A stretch of DNA of 64,000 nt from Diadema antillarum (GCF_040938485.1 NW_027270918.1:5518001-5582000), one strand, 5' to 3'. Shown: positions 35,844 through 49,228, numbered from the stretch's first letter. The notes: generated by a model not told the origin, from the letters alone. Numbers and translations are program-made.

Positions 35844-37445
35844 TTAAAGATAATAAAAAGTTTTGGTACCTCAAAAGTGTCCTTGAATTTCCTTGTCTTA
35901 GTTTGTGTTTCAGGTTAAAGTACCTTTCATATAACTAACACTGTGAGACTTACTCGCCCCAAAGTGCTCTCATGTCTTAGTAATCATGCAATTAAAGGAC
36001 AAGTTCACCCTCATAAACATAAGGATTGAGAGAATGTAGCAATATTAGGAGAATACGTCATTGAAAGTTTGAGGAAAATCGGACAACCCGTTAAAAAGTT
36101 ATGAATTTTTGAAGTTTTTGTGTAGTAACCGCTGGATGAGAAGACTACTGCAGTGTATGAATAACTTAGATGTCACATGCGTACAACAATATAAGGAAAA
36201 TATAAAGAGAATTTCACAAAATTCCATGTTTTGAAAAAAGTACATATTCCCTTGACTCGTTCCCGACATATGTTAGGGGTAATATTATTCCCCCTGCTTT
36301 TAGAAAGAGACAAGTCAAGTGCTCTTTTATTATGCGAAAAAAGTGAAAATATGTTGAATTTTCTTTACATTTTCTTTATCCTGTTGTACGCATATGACTC
36401 ACAAGCTGTAGTAGTCTCCTCATCCAGCGGTTCCAACACAAAAATTTTAAAAATTCATAACTTTTGCATCGATTGTCCGATTTTCTTCAAACTTTCACTG
36501 ATGTGTTCTACTAATATTGTTGCATTTTCTCAATCCTTATGTTTATGAAGGTGAACTTGTCCTTTAACTGCGATCAGCAGCCCCATACGCAGAGCGACCA
36601 GCAGTCCCATACGCATAGCGTAATCGGGCTTCGCATTGTAGCATTCAGGATCATGACAGATTTAGTATCGCAGGGTAATGTCAACTTAAAATCCAATAAA
36701 TTCTTCAATTTGAAGACTTACCAATTAACTTGAAGTATTGAAAACAGGCTTCGGGCAACGTTTGGTTCTGCCTATAGTCCCTTTCTGTTCGAATTGATGA
36801 CTGAATGTGACTCGGTCGACAGGACCTTAGGAGAGCTACATACAGTACACTGAATACTACAGCCAGTGCATGCGAACACATCACATGCACACAAATTTCA
36901 AATCCATGAACGGATAAGATGTTTGTGTGCGCATGCGCTGGCCATGGTATCCAGTGTATGTAGCTCTCCCAAGGTCCTCTCGACCGAGTCACATTCAGTC
37001 ATCAATTCGAACAGAAAGGGACTATTGGCAGAACCAAACGTTGTTCGAAGCCTGTTTTCAATACTTCAACTTAATTGGTAAGTCTTCAAATCGAAGAAAT
37101 TTTTGGATTTTAAGTTGACATTTACCCGCGATACTAATTCTGTCATGATCCTGAATGCTACAATGCGAAGCCCCATTACGCTATGCGTATGGGGCTGCTG
37201 GTCGCAGTTAGCTATGCGTACAATGGGCTGCACGCTGCTGGTCGCAGTCAGTGGTTTCGTACAATATTTATCGACGCTGGACAGCGTCTGCTCTGGTACG
37301 AAACCATTATTGCATGATTACTAAGATATGAGAGCACTTTGGGGCGAGTAATTCTCACAGACAACGTACTTTAACCTGAAACACAAACCAAGACAAGGAA
37401 ATTCAGGGAAGCTTTTGAGGTACCAAAACTTTTTATTATCTTTAA
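35844..37445. mobile_element. 1.6-kb foldback (almost entirely palindromic) element with TTAA TSD, Kolobok-like
   Basis: TTAA-AGATAATAAAAAG...CTTTTTATTATCT-TTAA. Outer arms at 35848-35991 and about 37310-37441; inner arms at about 36569-36890 and 36925-37210 are near-perfect reverse complements. Confidence 0.85.
35992..36567. mobile_element. Kolobok-like MITE (TTAA TSD, long TIRs AGGACAAGTTCACC)
   Basis: TTAA-AGGACAAGTTCACC...GGTGAACTTGTCCT-TTAA with inverted arms over 100 bp; second copy at 61872-62451. Confidence 0.88.
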
Positions 37446-37572
37446 CGGGCACGGCGAACGGCGAACACTTCTACAATGTATTATGGAAATCCCTGTGGAG
37501 GTACGTAATATGGTGATAAATGCAATGAACTTTATGATATACATCAGCATTGTAAATATCGATTAAAAAAGA

Positions 37573-37603
<31 letters not shown>

Positions 37604-37658
37604 TGTATATATATACATATACATATGATGTGAATAAACATGTAAATACATAATATAT

Positions 37659-37817
37659 NNNNNNNNNNNNNNNNNNNNNNNNNNNNNNNNNNNNNNNNNN
37701 NNNNNNNNNNNNNNNNNNNNNNNNNNNNNNNNNNNNNNNNNNNNNNNNNNNNNNNNNNNNNNNNNNNNNNNNNNNNNNNNNNNNNNNNNNNNNNNNNNNN
37801 NNNNNNNNNNNNNNNNN
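37659..37817. other. Assembly gap
   Basis: Run of N next to (TA)n. Confidence 1.
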
Positions 37818-39299
37818 AGAGTGAATCTTCGCATGAAGTGATATAACAAGGACAAATTTGACCTCTGAAAGTCATGTGTATATCAAAGATGACCTGTGAT
37901 GTCACAAACACTTTGCCAACAAGGTGGGCACCTAACATACAGGTCAATGTAATTGTTAAATCTTAGGTGATGAACAGTGTCTCCTACTAGGAACAAATGT
38001 CCCATTCTCTCAGCGGAAAAAAAAAATGTGAGAGAAACTAATATCTGAGTTATAGAGGACCTGTTTAGAATGTCTCGACATAATTACGAATGATATTTCT
38101 GTCGATTTTAAATGCTGGAACAGTCTTAAAAGAACTAATCCTTCTTACAGACTTATATTAGCATTGACATTATCAATTGTAATCATTAAGCTAAACTAAA
38201 TCACTTTTCTTAATACACCATTTAAAAAAGACGAGAGCGTAAATCAGCAGCCACAGCAACCGTTCTCATAAAGAGCAGATATTGAACATAGAAATTACAG
38301 AACAGTATGTCTTCATGACTTAATGTTTGATTTTAAAGGGCGTCAAAACATCTCTCGCAGCCAGGTGCCATCAATGCTTGACTCGAGATGCAGATTTCTT
38401 CATGCTGAGTTGGATCATTATGTAAAAAGCATCTTTTGTATCACGCGCAACTCCGAGGTTTTTTACCCCTGACATTATGACTCCTTTTTTATCACACAGC
38501 AATCTTTCGAGAAAAAAATATCCTTTTAACTTGACACATTTGAAAGACGTGTCAGCTCTGCTCCTTTTCTCTTTTTGTTGTTCCTTTTTTGCCATCTTAA
38601 AACGGATTGAAGTCACCTGTGATTGTTAGCGGTCTCTCGATGCATCATACTTCATGAATTCAGGCACTCGTTGGCATTTTATTGATAAGAGCTTTCGTGC
38701 AAGAAGCAGGAAGGACAAGAAGTGTCATTTCCTGAGAAACACTTTAACATTTGGATGAGATGTTATCTAGTACTTAGCTCTAAAGAAAGAAGTTAGTTGT
38801 GTGTGTATGTGTGTGTGTGTGTGTGTTTGCATTTTTTGTGTTTGTTTGTCTATCCATTCTAAATAGGCTGAAGCTCAGGGGTGAAAGAGCACTTAATTCT
38901 ATTGCTAAAACTTTTCCCCTCACAAAACTTTGTGTTTTCTTTAAAGTGATGTACTTATAGTTATATCTTTGATTTTTTTTTTTTTTTTTTTGGGGGGGGG
39001 GGGGTCATCGTGTGGAGCATCAACTTTCGCTTGATTGTGTGATATTCAATTGCACCAGTTGTTACTCATTGCACAAAGGTCCTCAAAAACCATGAGATAG
39101 AGCACAACTATGCCAGCCTTCTTATGTTGAAATTTCGTGAAGAGCATCGTGCTGATGTACTTGATTTCCTTCTTCTTTCCAGTAGATTCTAAACGATGCC
39201 ATATTTCTATAAAACACACGCACACGTACGCGTAGCTTTGCATATATGCATATATATGCGTGAGAGTATTTGTACGTACACGCACACAAACACATATCG

Positions 39300-39445
39300 N
39301 NNNNNNNNNNNNNNNNNNNNNNNNNNNNNNNNNNNNNNNNNNNNNNNNNNNNNNNNNNNNNNNNNNNNNNNNNNNNNNNNNNNNNNNNNNNNNNNNNNNN
39401 NNNNNNNNNNNNNNNNNNNNNNNNNNNNNNNNNNNNNNNNNNNNN
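39300..39445. other. Assembly gap
   Basis: Run of N. Confidence 1.
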
Positions 39446-41416
39446 TTCTTCGATTGTTCTGTAATGCGTGGCTTGAAGACATCGACAAAATCACGCTGCT
39501 CTATTGCCCATACATTTTACCTATCATATTTTTGCCGAGTAATTCAGTTTCCACTCAAACACTTGATTTCACACTATAAACTATAAGAATTTAATGATGC
39601 TACATTTGGTAATTTCGGCTTTTAAAACATGACCTGCATCATTCCAAGGAAGTATATCTTTATGTTGTGTTCGTAGGGATAGTAAATATATACATTGACA
39701 CAAACAATATACACATTCTCTCTTAAAGTATGCATGTACACATATAATACAGTATACATTTATTCAAGATAAAGATGATTACAATCTTAATGATTATAAC
39801 GATAATAAACGACAGCATAATATGCGTCATCGATCTAGTGACCTATTCTGCAGGAGTATAACAGGAATGATTTACATAATATGATATATTATATGCGAGA
39901 AGGGGAACATACATTATACATTGGATATAATACGTTCACACAAATAGTATAGCGGTGCACATCGATAATGTTGAATGTCTGCTTGAATGCAAACGTACAT
40001 GAAGACGTGAAAATACTGGACCCTTTACTTTTGATTTTATCTGATGAGATTTTAATGTGTTGCAAACTCAAGGACTTTGTTTTACTGATATGACAATAAT
40101 AACTAGAAACTAATAAATACACAAATCTAGGATGAAATCTCTTATTTGCATATACAAATGTAAACACACGCATTCAAACAAAATACACTGTGAAAGTAAT
40201 GATAAATGCTAACAAAATATGCACAAAAATGTATATCATTATATTGTTTTATCCTACGCTATTTAGAGAGAAACTGGGCCATTAAACTTTGTACGTGCGT
40301 GGGTTCCTGCAATCGTGGGCTGCCCTGATTCTTATAAAGCACATAGTGATAGCATGTCAGATATATCTAAACAATTAAAAGCAATTAAAAAAAATTAAAA
40401 TTAAGCAATTAAAAGAACGTATAAAATCTATCCACTACAGGTACTATAGAAGTTATTACGTGTAAGTTTCATTGAGTGCCTGTTGTTCGTTCATATATTG
40501 TTTGTTGTAGTTGCTGTTGTTGTTGTTTTAAGTCTTTTTTTTTTTTGTTAATGTCCTGGTAGCAAATGTAATAAGACCAGTAAAAAGGGGATAAGCCTTC
40601 ATAGGTAAATGGCTTTTGCTATTCCCCCAAATCTCCTGAGATTTCTCTTGTCAGACATGTCATCTGATCTTATTTCAATCCATTTCATGTAATATTTCGA
40701 ATTACATTTTAGTTATGTTTTAAAAGTGAACTATGACATGGAATTTAAACTGAGTATGTTGTATTTCTAATCATTCTGCATTTCTAAAGATGTGAAATAA
40801 ACTTGAACTCGAAACTTCAAATTATAGATTGGTATGTGTCTCAGATGTTTTTCTTCCTTAACAGTATACCACTGTCCTGTCCTATACATTGTATATGGAT
40901 TTTTTAAATCAAATTTACTATTTCGATTTCTGCAAGTTTCTTATCATACTCGTTGAAGATGAATTCATCTTTTATACAACCTCCGACATAACTGAATAAG
41001 CTATTCCACTGTTTCCATTGCTCCTTTATATTCGAATAAAACCGAGTCAATTTTTCATTTCACAAATCTTGAGTTGTTTGAAATTTATTTCTAAGGTAAT
41101 TGTACTCTTGCGATAATTATTGTAGAGCTCCAATCTAGAGAGAGTTTCGTATGGATACAATTGATTTCTTAAAGATTAATGTCATTGTTTTGAACGAATA
41201 TTCTTCATCTCAAATATTCACTAATTTGTTTTAGTAATCATTCACCATTCACAAAGTCGTTATGATGTGTAATATTTATTTATTTATCTATTTTGCAATT
41301 ATTCGACATGTTGGTGATGACCTACAGGCACGTCAAATGTGGTTTGCTCTATATCATAATGTATAGCCGTATTCACATATTTTCCTAATTTACCTAGGGG
41401 ATAGCTAATGATTATG

Positions 41417-41551
41417 ATATTGACAGGCCTTGAGGGAGATACCAGAAAACATTGCCCGCACTAAAATAATATTGCCCCTGTCTTCGACTCTTGCGATATT
41501 CTTTCAGTTTGGGCAATATTTTCTGGTGTCTCCCTCAAGGCCAGTCAATAT
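41417..41551. mobile_element. Short hairpin MITE (about 42-bp TIRs)
   Basis: ATATTGACAGGCCTTGAGGGAGATACCAGAAAACATTGCCC versus GGGCAATATTTTCTGGTGTCTCCCTCAAGGCCAGTCAATAT. Confidence 0.75.
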
Positions 41552-41599
41552 TTTATGATTATTTGCATATTGTCGACGGAACAAGATCATAAATCAGCC

Positions 41600-41975
41600 C
41601 TATTGGAAATTAGACCAAATGAAAATTAGACTAATAGGCGATTAATCGAAACGGTGTTTAGACGAAATGCTAACTGGACGAATCGGCTTGTGGACTAACT
41701 GGAAATTAGACGAAATAAGAGTAGACTAACTATCCCCTAGACCTGGTGAAATATATCCACCAATCGGGCAGTGAACGAAGCGGTAATTAGCCGAAATTTT
41801 GATAGACCAAGTGATAAATAGACTAAATGGAATTTAGATAAACTGACAATATACCAAAAACTATTAGACGAAATGGGGAAAAATCCAAGAAGACCAAATG
41901 AGTTTAGCCATACAGGCATTAGACGAACCGGGAAGTAGACAATTTGATCATAGACCGAGTGCTAATAGACCCTTT
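41600..41975. repeat. Degenerate 15-bp minisatellite (TAGAC(G/C/T)AA units)
   Basis: (T/A)AGAC recurs at about 15-nt spacing, e.g. attagaccaaatgaaa-attagactaataggc. Confidence 0.7.
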
Positions 41976-43174
41976 TGGGTGTCGAGTGCATAGCTAAACA
42001 TGCAATACATAAGGTTTTAAGATTTAGAACTAAACCCCTATAGATATAACCAAATCGCCATTGCACTATATAATCTTGACAGCACGTTTCAACAGTCAAG
42101 CATACACAGAATAGAAATAAAATTTAGGTGTGACTCTCTTCCAATCATTAGAATAGCAAGGCTTTTAGGTATTTACTGTCTGATACGAACCTTTGTGTAA
42201 GATATATACGTTTCTTAAACATTTCCTATGTTTTGCTGATTATGTAAGTGCTAATAAATCATATACTGCATGACGAAGAAAGTGTTCTCAATTAACTCTC
42301 CATTGGGTTTCACGAATATTTATGTTCAGTGCCTGTTAAAGCCATTGATATATTTCAAAACTTGATTTGACACTATTATCCCCAAAGGAAATAAACAGAC
42401 TTAAAAACACAATAACATTAACTTCAGAAGAGAAAGTTTACATGATATAAAATTATAACATGCATTTTATCTGTACTGGTAGTTGATTATGAGACATGAA
42501 ACAGTTAACAGTTATCCAGCTTAGTTTTAAAGAGGGATATTTACAGCTATTTTAAGAATTCAAAATCATACAAATTCCTAAAGATAAAACTTTAAAACTT
42601 TACCCCACCATCATTTACTTCTCTGTAGGTTTCCTTATACATATCTTGACCATCTAATATGAATAGGACATAATCTAGACTGATTGGAATACATTCTGTA
42701 CATTTTAATTGTTATCCTAAATTCAAGTTTTCAATTATCTGTCGTTACTACTTATTGAACTGCAACTGAATGTTACAAATGTAATTCATGTTGAAAACTT
42801 AGTAAATGAAAGAGTGAATGAAAAGGTGGAAAAGGGTACCTTAAACCCCAAAAAGTACAGATAATTGTCAAATTTTAGTTCAGACCAGGTTTTCCAAAAA
42901 AGAAAAATAGTCTTATGATAGAATTCAAGAATCTACGATGGATGAGTTTATTCTATTTAATTTGTCAAGTAACCTCTTTCAAAGATACTCATAAATACAT
43001 ATTCCATATTCATATATTCAGTTTTATGAAAGATTGATTAAGTCTTATTTTCCCTCAATGACGCTTCATTAGGCAATGAAACTGTATATGGTTACAGCAA
43101 ACCACGATGTAATATCTCATAATAATTATTATACTATGTACCACAATGGTGCAAATTCTACTAGATTCAAAAGT

Positions 43175-43462
43175 TTACTTTCTTGGGGATCTTTCCTTGC
43201 AATGAATAAAGAGCATGTCCTTCAGGGTTGACCTGAGAAGCGGCTGACTTACTGCGTAGGAGATCGGGTTCAGAAGGCTGTTACAGGATGCCAACCAGGT
43301 GAAAAAGAGCCTTCCAGGTCGGGGTAGGCCCTGTACGATAAGTAGGGGATCGATAGAGTAGATCACACCGATGATGCTCTGAGGTAACCAGGCAACAACG
43401 AAAGACAGCACGATGAACAAGAGGGTTCGTGTCGCTTTCCGCATTTCGGCAGCCGACTCGCG
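43175..43462 (-). CDS. GPCR B2 exon 2 (acceptor inferred 6 nt downstream of the paralogous site)
   Basis: AWLPQS, NPISY. The paralogous CAG reads CCA here, and the nearest in-frame AG is TCAAAG|CGC GAG. A short C-tail frameshift relative to B1 gives SPRK-stop. Confidence 0.75.
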   Translation of the reverse strand, partial: RESAAEMRKATRTLLFIVLSFVVAWLPQSIIGVIYSIDPLLIVQGLPRPGRLFFTWLASCNSLLNPISYAVSQPLLRSTLKDMLFIHCKERSPRK

Positions 43463-44098
43463 CTTTGATGGCAAAACAGGGAGTAAGACAAAGCATTTTG
43501 GAATTGATTTGTCAAATAACTTGATTTCAGCATTTAATAATCAAAAGCTTAGCTTGGAATTTTACTCTTGTTATGTGAAATTATTCATTTGTGTAAATAA
43601 TATAGTTAAATTACATTTTCAAAAGCATTACCTTGAATTCACTTTTCTTTTAATCATTAAAGCATCCACGTCTAACTCAGAAATACCTGATTAAGGCTTA
43701 AATGAGGTTTATGTCCATAGCCAGGTTTTAAATGAATATGATGATATGTATTTTGGTACAGCATTTATTCATGATTGAAATATATAACTCATTAATCGAT
43801 TAAGATGAAAACTATTCAAAACATATTGTAGTTTCTGTATTTTGTCTGATCATGATTAAAATAATCAAAGTAAATGATTAAAATATGCCTCATTTAGGAT
43901 GTTACTGAAGCATAAGAAGCATTAGTTTTGTTTTCTTATTATTTTGTAAAATCCAAGCATCTATTGTTGATTGTAAATTAATAATTCATGAACGCAGCAA
44001 AGAATTCTGAAATTATTGAGTTGGCTTGCCTCTTTTCTTTAACTATTGAAAGATCTAAAAACATAATCTATATTTCTCATAAAATGTTAGCTAAAATT

Positions 44099-44887
44099 TA
44101 ATTGGCTATCAACTTGGTAAGTCAATAAAAAGGGAAACTTGGCGTATGAAGAACACTTTTTTTTCTCTCTTCCAAGGCACAAAAGTAAAAAATTGCAAAA
44201 ATGAACAAGTTGTCATTCATGCAAAAAGTTCCTCCATGTAACAAAACACAAATACAAATCTAGCACAAAAAAAGACATGAACTCAGTTGCAAAGATATAC
44301 CTATGATCTCTGTTATATCTTTTTAAGCCCAAAAGATCAATAAAGGCTAAATATTAATGGAGGAAAGTGAAGAATTATCTGTCAAATCCAAACTCAAATG
44401 AAATGAGAAAAGAAGCAATTTTAACAAAGAATGGTAGGATTTTTAATTGATTTCTCAAATCAAAAAACCCTGTTAATTATAATGGTTATTGAGTTTGTCT
44501 TATGAACTCTTGAATTACTAAATTACATAAATTAAACAAAGATATTCTGTTCATTTTGTCGTTCTTGTGCCCTTACTCCATATTTCGATTCAAGTTGAGT
44601 TGACAGAAAGTTCTTATTTCCCCCATTCAGTTTCTAATTTTGATTTTGTTTGAGATTATTAAAGAAGTAAGGAGAACGAAAACTTATTTCTGCTATTTCA
44701 TTTATGTCTCTCACAGTGTTAAACTGGTATTTTGTTATCATTGTTATCTCGAAGGGTATTTGCAAATAATGGAAAATATGTCAATTTTTGCAATTTTTAC
44801 TTTTGTGCCTTGGAGGCCAGAAACATATGTGTTTACTCATGTGTAAATTCTCCCTTTATATTGACCTACTAGGTTGATAGTCAATTG
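44099..44887. mobile_element. Degenerate foldback/MITE in the B2 intron
   Basis: AATTGGCTATCAACTTGGTAAGTCAATA versus TATTGACCTACTAGGTTGATAGTCAATT, and CCAAGGCACAAAAGTAAAAAATTGCAAAAA versus TTTTTGCAATTTTTACTTTTGTGCCTTGG. Confidence 0.6.
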
Positions 44888-45221
44888 AATTATGATTATT
44901 ATGGTATACAATGCATTGATTTTCATCAAAATCTATGAAAATTATGAACTCGAAAAGTGTTTACTTTTTTGCTCAGTATATATATTTATATCATATATTG
45001 ATATAATAAATACATAACATCAAAAATAAAACTTTAACCGATTTCATGGTGTAATCACCAACAGTTTATTTCAGCACACAAAGTGATTTGCTCTTTCTCA
45101 AGTGCTCTTAAGAAAACTTGAACAAAAACACTTGAGAAAGAGCGAATCGCTCGAAAATTTGTGTGCCAGAATAAACTGTTGGGGATTGTAGCATGAACTT
45201 GTTTTTAGTTGTATTATCAAC

Positions 45222-45276
<55 letters not shown>

Positions 45277-45590
45277 CGTCAGAGCAGTAAAAGGCCTGAG
45301 CCAGTTTCACAAAGATTGATCGTAAGAGTGATCTTAGAATTGATGCGATACAAAAAAAAAACCAACCCACAAAAATAAAACGTTGCGCTCAATCTGCTAT
45401 CAAATCTGTGTTTTAAATCAAGCCTATATATGTACCTTTATGAAACAGACTTACGATCAGTATTCGTTTTAAGCTAGATTCGCGGAGTGATGCTCAGTAA
45501 ATCGAAATCAGTCGTGATTATTTATGAAATGGGCCCTATATATCTAACAATGGCGATTGTAACTGTTGTGAAAAAAGGCTAATTTCTTAC

Positions 45591-46481
45591 AACTGGTTTC
45601 TTGTTGGTTTTTGGACTTGCTTGCTTGGTGCTCTTCCGTGGCATATCTCGTGCAAATTGTTTTTCTCCGACCGACTCAACGTCCATGTCGATGGCTGCAA
45701 CATTCAGAGAAGAAATCGTGGTGTCCTTTGGAACATTTGTGACCGCTGTACTGAGATTATCGTCAACATCGAATTTTCTTTCGACAAGTTTCCCACCTCG
45801 TGTTTTTCTGATCTTTAGATATATACGAAGGTAGAGAATTGAGATTAAAAAGAAGGGCAGGTAAAAGACAACAACGACATTGACTACGGAGACTCCTGGT
45901 ATTCTGGCATATTTATTAACGCAGTGACGTCCGTTATCAAAATTGTCGATGAACTCCCAGGCAGTGATGAACATCATCCAGAAAGCAAAAGCAACAAGCC
46001 AGGCCAGAGAGTTAAGAAGCAAAGCCTTACGTTTGCTGCGAGTCATGAAATGGTTGATGGGATCGTAAGTCGCACGATGTCGGTCTGCGCAGATGATCAC
46101 GACGACGAAATTAGAAGCACTGAGGAGGGACCGACTTATCCCATTCATAATCTTACAAAGGTCCTGGTTTAGGGGATAGTAACCGACGTGGGTATGGAGT
46201 ACACTGATGATCAGGCGTAAGCCAGACAGGAGATCAATGATGGATAGGTTGATGATGAAGTAGTTGTTGTAAGTGCGAAGTTTTTTGTTCACGCAAAAAG
46301 CTGCAAGAGTGAGAAAATTTGCGACAATGATGCAAGATGTAAACAGGGAGGGCCAGAGGAGACCGAAAATGCTGGAAGAATTCGACCCTCCAGATTTAGT
46401 GTGTACTTCATTCCCGGTTGAATTGTCGAGAACAGTTTCAACCCAAAGAGTAGGGTATGTCTGCACTGATACCGTGGTCAT
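45591..46481 (-). CDS. GPCR B2 exon 1; about 392 aa with exon 2
   Basis: Same TM1-TM5 motifs as B1; donor GTT|GTAAGA, phase 0. Confidence 0.9.
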
Positions 46482-46899
46482 ATTTATCCTTGCTTATTAC
46501 GTTCAGAGAAATAGTCTGTCTCCGATCTGGGAATATTCACTTCACTATGTTGGTGAAATACAGAGTAAATCATATATATATCATATCAGCTTTCCAAACA
46601 AAGGGGCAAACGCTTCAACTTTGTACGATTATTTGTCACCTGACACCCCAAAGCACCATTATCTCCTGAACGTAGATTCGTGTAAGAAAATAGAGATGCG
46701 AGAAATTCACTTCCTAACAATGAAGTGTAAATTTTGCTAGAGAAAATAGAATATCAATTGAATTAGGCACGTGGAGCAAGGCTGTGGTGACAAATTGATC
46801 AAAGATTATAAAAAGTGATATATTGTACATCAGCTGCAGTGTCTCTTTGCACGATCTGTAAGTGACACAAAGTCACTACGCAAGAATATAAAAACAAAA

Positions 46900-46975
46900 T
46901 TATAAGAAGCCCGCATTTGATTGGCTGGCGGATTGACACAATCACGTGATAGAAAAATCATCGTGACGCGTTTCA
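46900..46975 (-). promoter_or_regulatory. B2 core promoter (TATAAT, one CCAAT, CACGTG)
   Basis: Aligns with the B1 promoter block: CCAAT 46924-46920, CACGTG 46943-46948. Confidence 0.55.
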
Positions 46976-48094
46976 ATGGCGCCTGCACATCGCCGTCTAT
47001 ACGTAGGGTTTCCAGGGAGGTAGCCTCACCTCCCTGGGTTTTCTAACCTCTTTTATGGCAAGACTCAAGACTTATATCATCATTTTATTATACTCATATC
47101 ATCGTTTTATTATACTTATATCAGCCGTCTTTAACTCGCCTGATTGCAAAGGGAACTCCGAGTTATCTCTTCCTGTTTTTTTATTTGTTTTCATGACAAA
47201 TGATGCACTGTCAATTTTCAGAAGATGATCTCCATACTATCTGTTAGCCATATGTCCAAAGGGTCAGATATTGACCGGCATATCTACCTGTATGATGGAA
47301 GGCATCATTCACTGGAATAGTTTCTTTAAAAGAGCCACAATGAGCATGAGTTTACCTTGATACATCTACTCTCCAAACCATCATATAAAAAAAAAACAAT
47401 CGCAATTCTTTTTTTTGGGGGGGGGGGGGGCTCGGAATAAAAAAAAAGATACTTGACACTTTTTCTTTCATTAGTTTCTGTTTATTTTGACTGACAAGTA
47501 GGGAATCTAAGTTTAAACCAGAGTGCCTGACATCCATTCAGTCAAGCATTGGGGAGTCGTCGGCGTTCATGTCCTATACCACAGTGTATACTCATAAAGA
47601 AATGTTCAGTGAACGAAAGAGGGTACTGCCTCTTTTGAACAGGTGTACAAAGGAATAGATATCACAGCAGGTACGAACGAAGGCCCAACTCTTTCACACA
47701 CTTTGCTCTGCAGACATTGTCAGAAATGACAATAAGTAGACTGAGTATCTCTATCACCACTTTGAATATGTTGCATCTGAATTTTAAAAAAAGTACCCTC
47801 CGGAATTATTTGTCGAGGATTTTTGTCATTCGAAAGCACAAGTAGTAAGACAGATCGAAAAAGCGCCATTGCTTGGATTCCTGCAAATGTTGACCTTATC
47901 AACAATTTTTAGCTACAACGCCATTTTTTCCAGGGGTAAGATACTGTCAATAAGAATAGAGAATGTATACGTGTGTGTGTGCGTGTGCGAGTGGTGTGTG
48001 TGCGTATTATCTACGCAAGAGGCATAGAAAGGGGAGTGTGGGGAAAAGAAAGAAACGATAGAAAAGGGAGATCAGATCGTACTTTGGCTGAGTG

Positions 48095-48142
<48 letters not shown>

Positions 48143-49186
48143 CAGGGCGCGCGCACGTGTGGGTTTGGGTGTGTGATACCGCAAATACAGCCAATTGAAT
48201 GTTTAGAAAGCGATCGAGAATGAACGAAGAATACATTCATTTATTTTATTCATATTTTTTGCTTAATTTCGTTTTATGTTCATAGCATAAATGTGACACG
48301 ACCCTTAATTTCGAAGTGGGATACTTTTCTGCGAAAGAGATATGTCTTTTTATATCAAGTAGCAATGTAGTTGGTTGATAGTTGCTTAAAGGTGATGTTA
48401 CACCGCATGTCATGAAAATAAGAAAATGCAATAAAAGATCAATGAAGGAACGAATGTGTGGAATGTCTGACAGAAACCAATGTTAACGCTTTAATGCAGT
48501 ATTTATGTAACAACTAAACAATGATGTATGTAGAAAAACATACAACGAATAATTCGATTTTTTATGATACGAAGCAGTCGCGATGCAACATAAAATAATA
48601 CACGTCAGCCGATGGTTCTGAACAAAGACTGATTAGAGACACTTATGCGGAATTTGTATCAAAGTTGTATCCTCTTTACTTCATATAGCCAGCTATCAAA
48701 TTTCCAAATGAAGATTTTAAAAGTAAGAAAAGTATCTACGTTATTACGTTTTCATTATGTTCACTCCTGATGAACAAAGCGTTTTGAAATACCAATACCA
48801 AACACAAGCAATAATGATTCCTGGCGCAAGTGCAAAGAAAGAAGAAAAATGTATAAAAAGAAAGAATCAACGAGCCACTCATAGCCCACAAAATGAAGTG
48901 ACAAGCGAACAAAAATACACATGCTTCCCTTGCCAAGATTTCCGGCGTCGCCATTAAATTCCACTAATGAAAGCCAATGTAACTGCTTTCTCCATACTTT
49001 GTTAATTCATAGTTTGCATTTGTTTTGCATACATTTTCTATACCAGTGAGTCCTCTTTATGCACACAGCCAGACATGGTCTGAAGAAAAGAACCGGCGTT
49101 GAAACTAAAGCTGCTTCTGTTTCATTCATTATTTCTCTTTTCACAGTATTTTGCACATATATATGTGCATATAATGAGTGTGCGTA

Positions 49187-49228
<42 letters not shown>

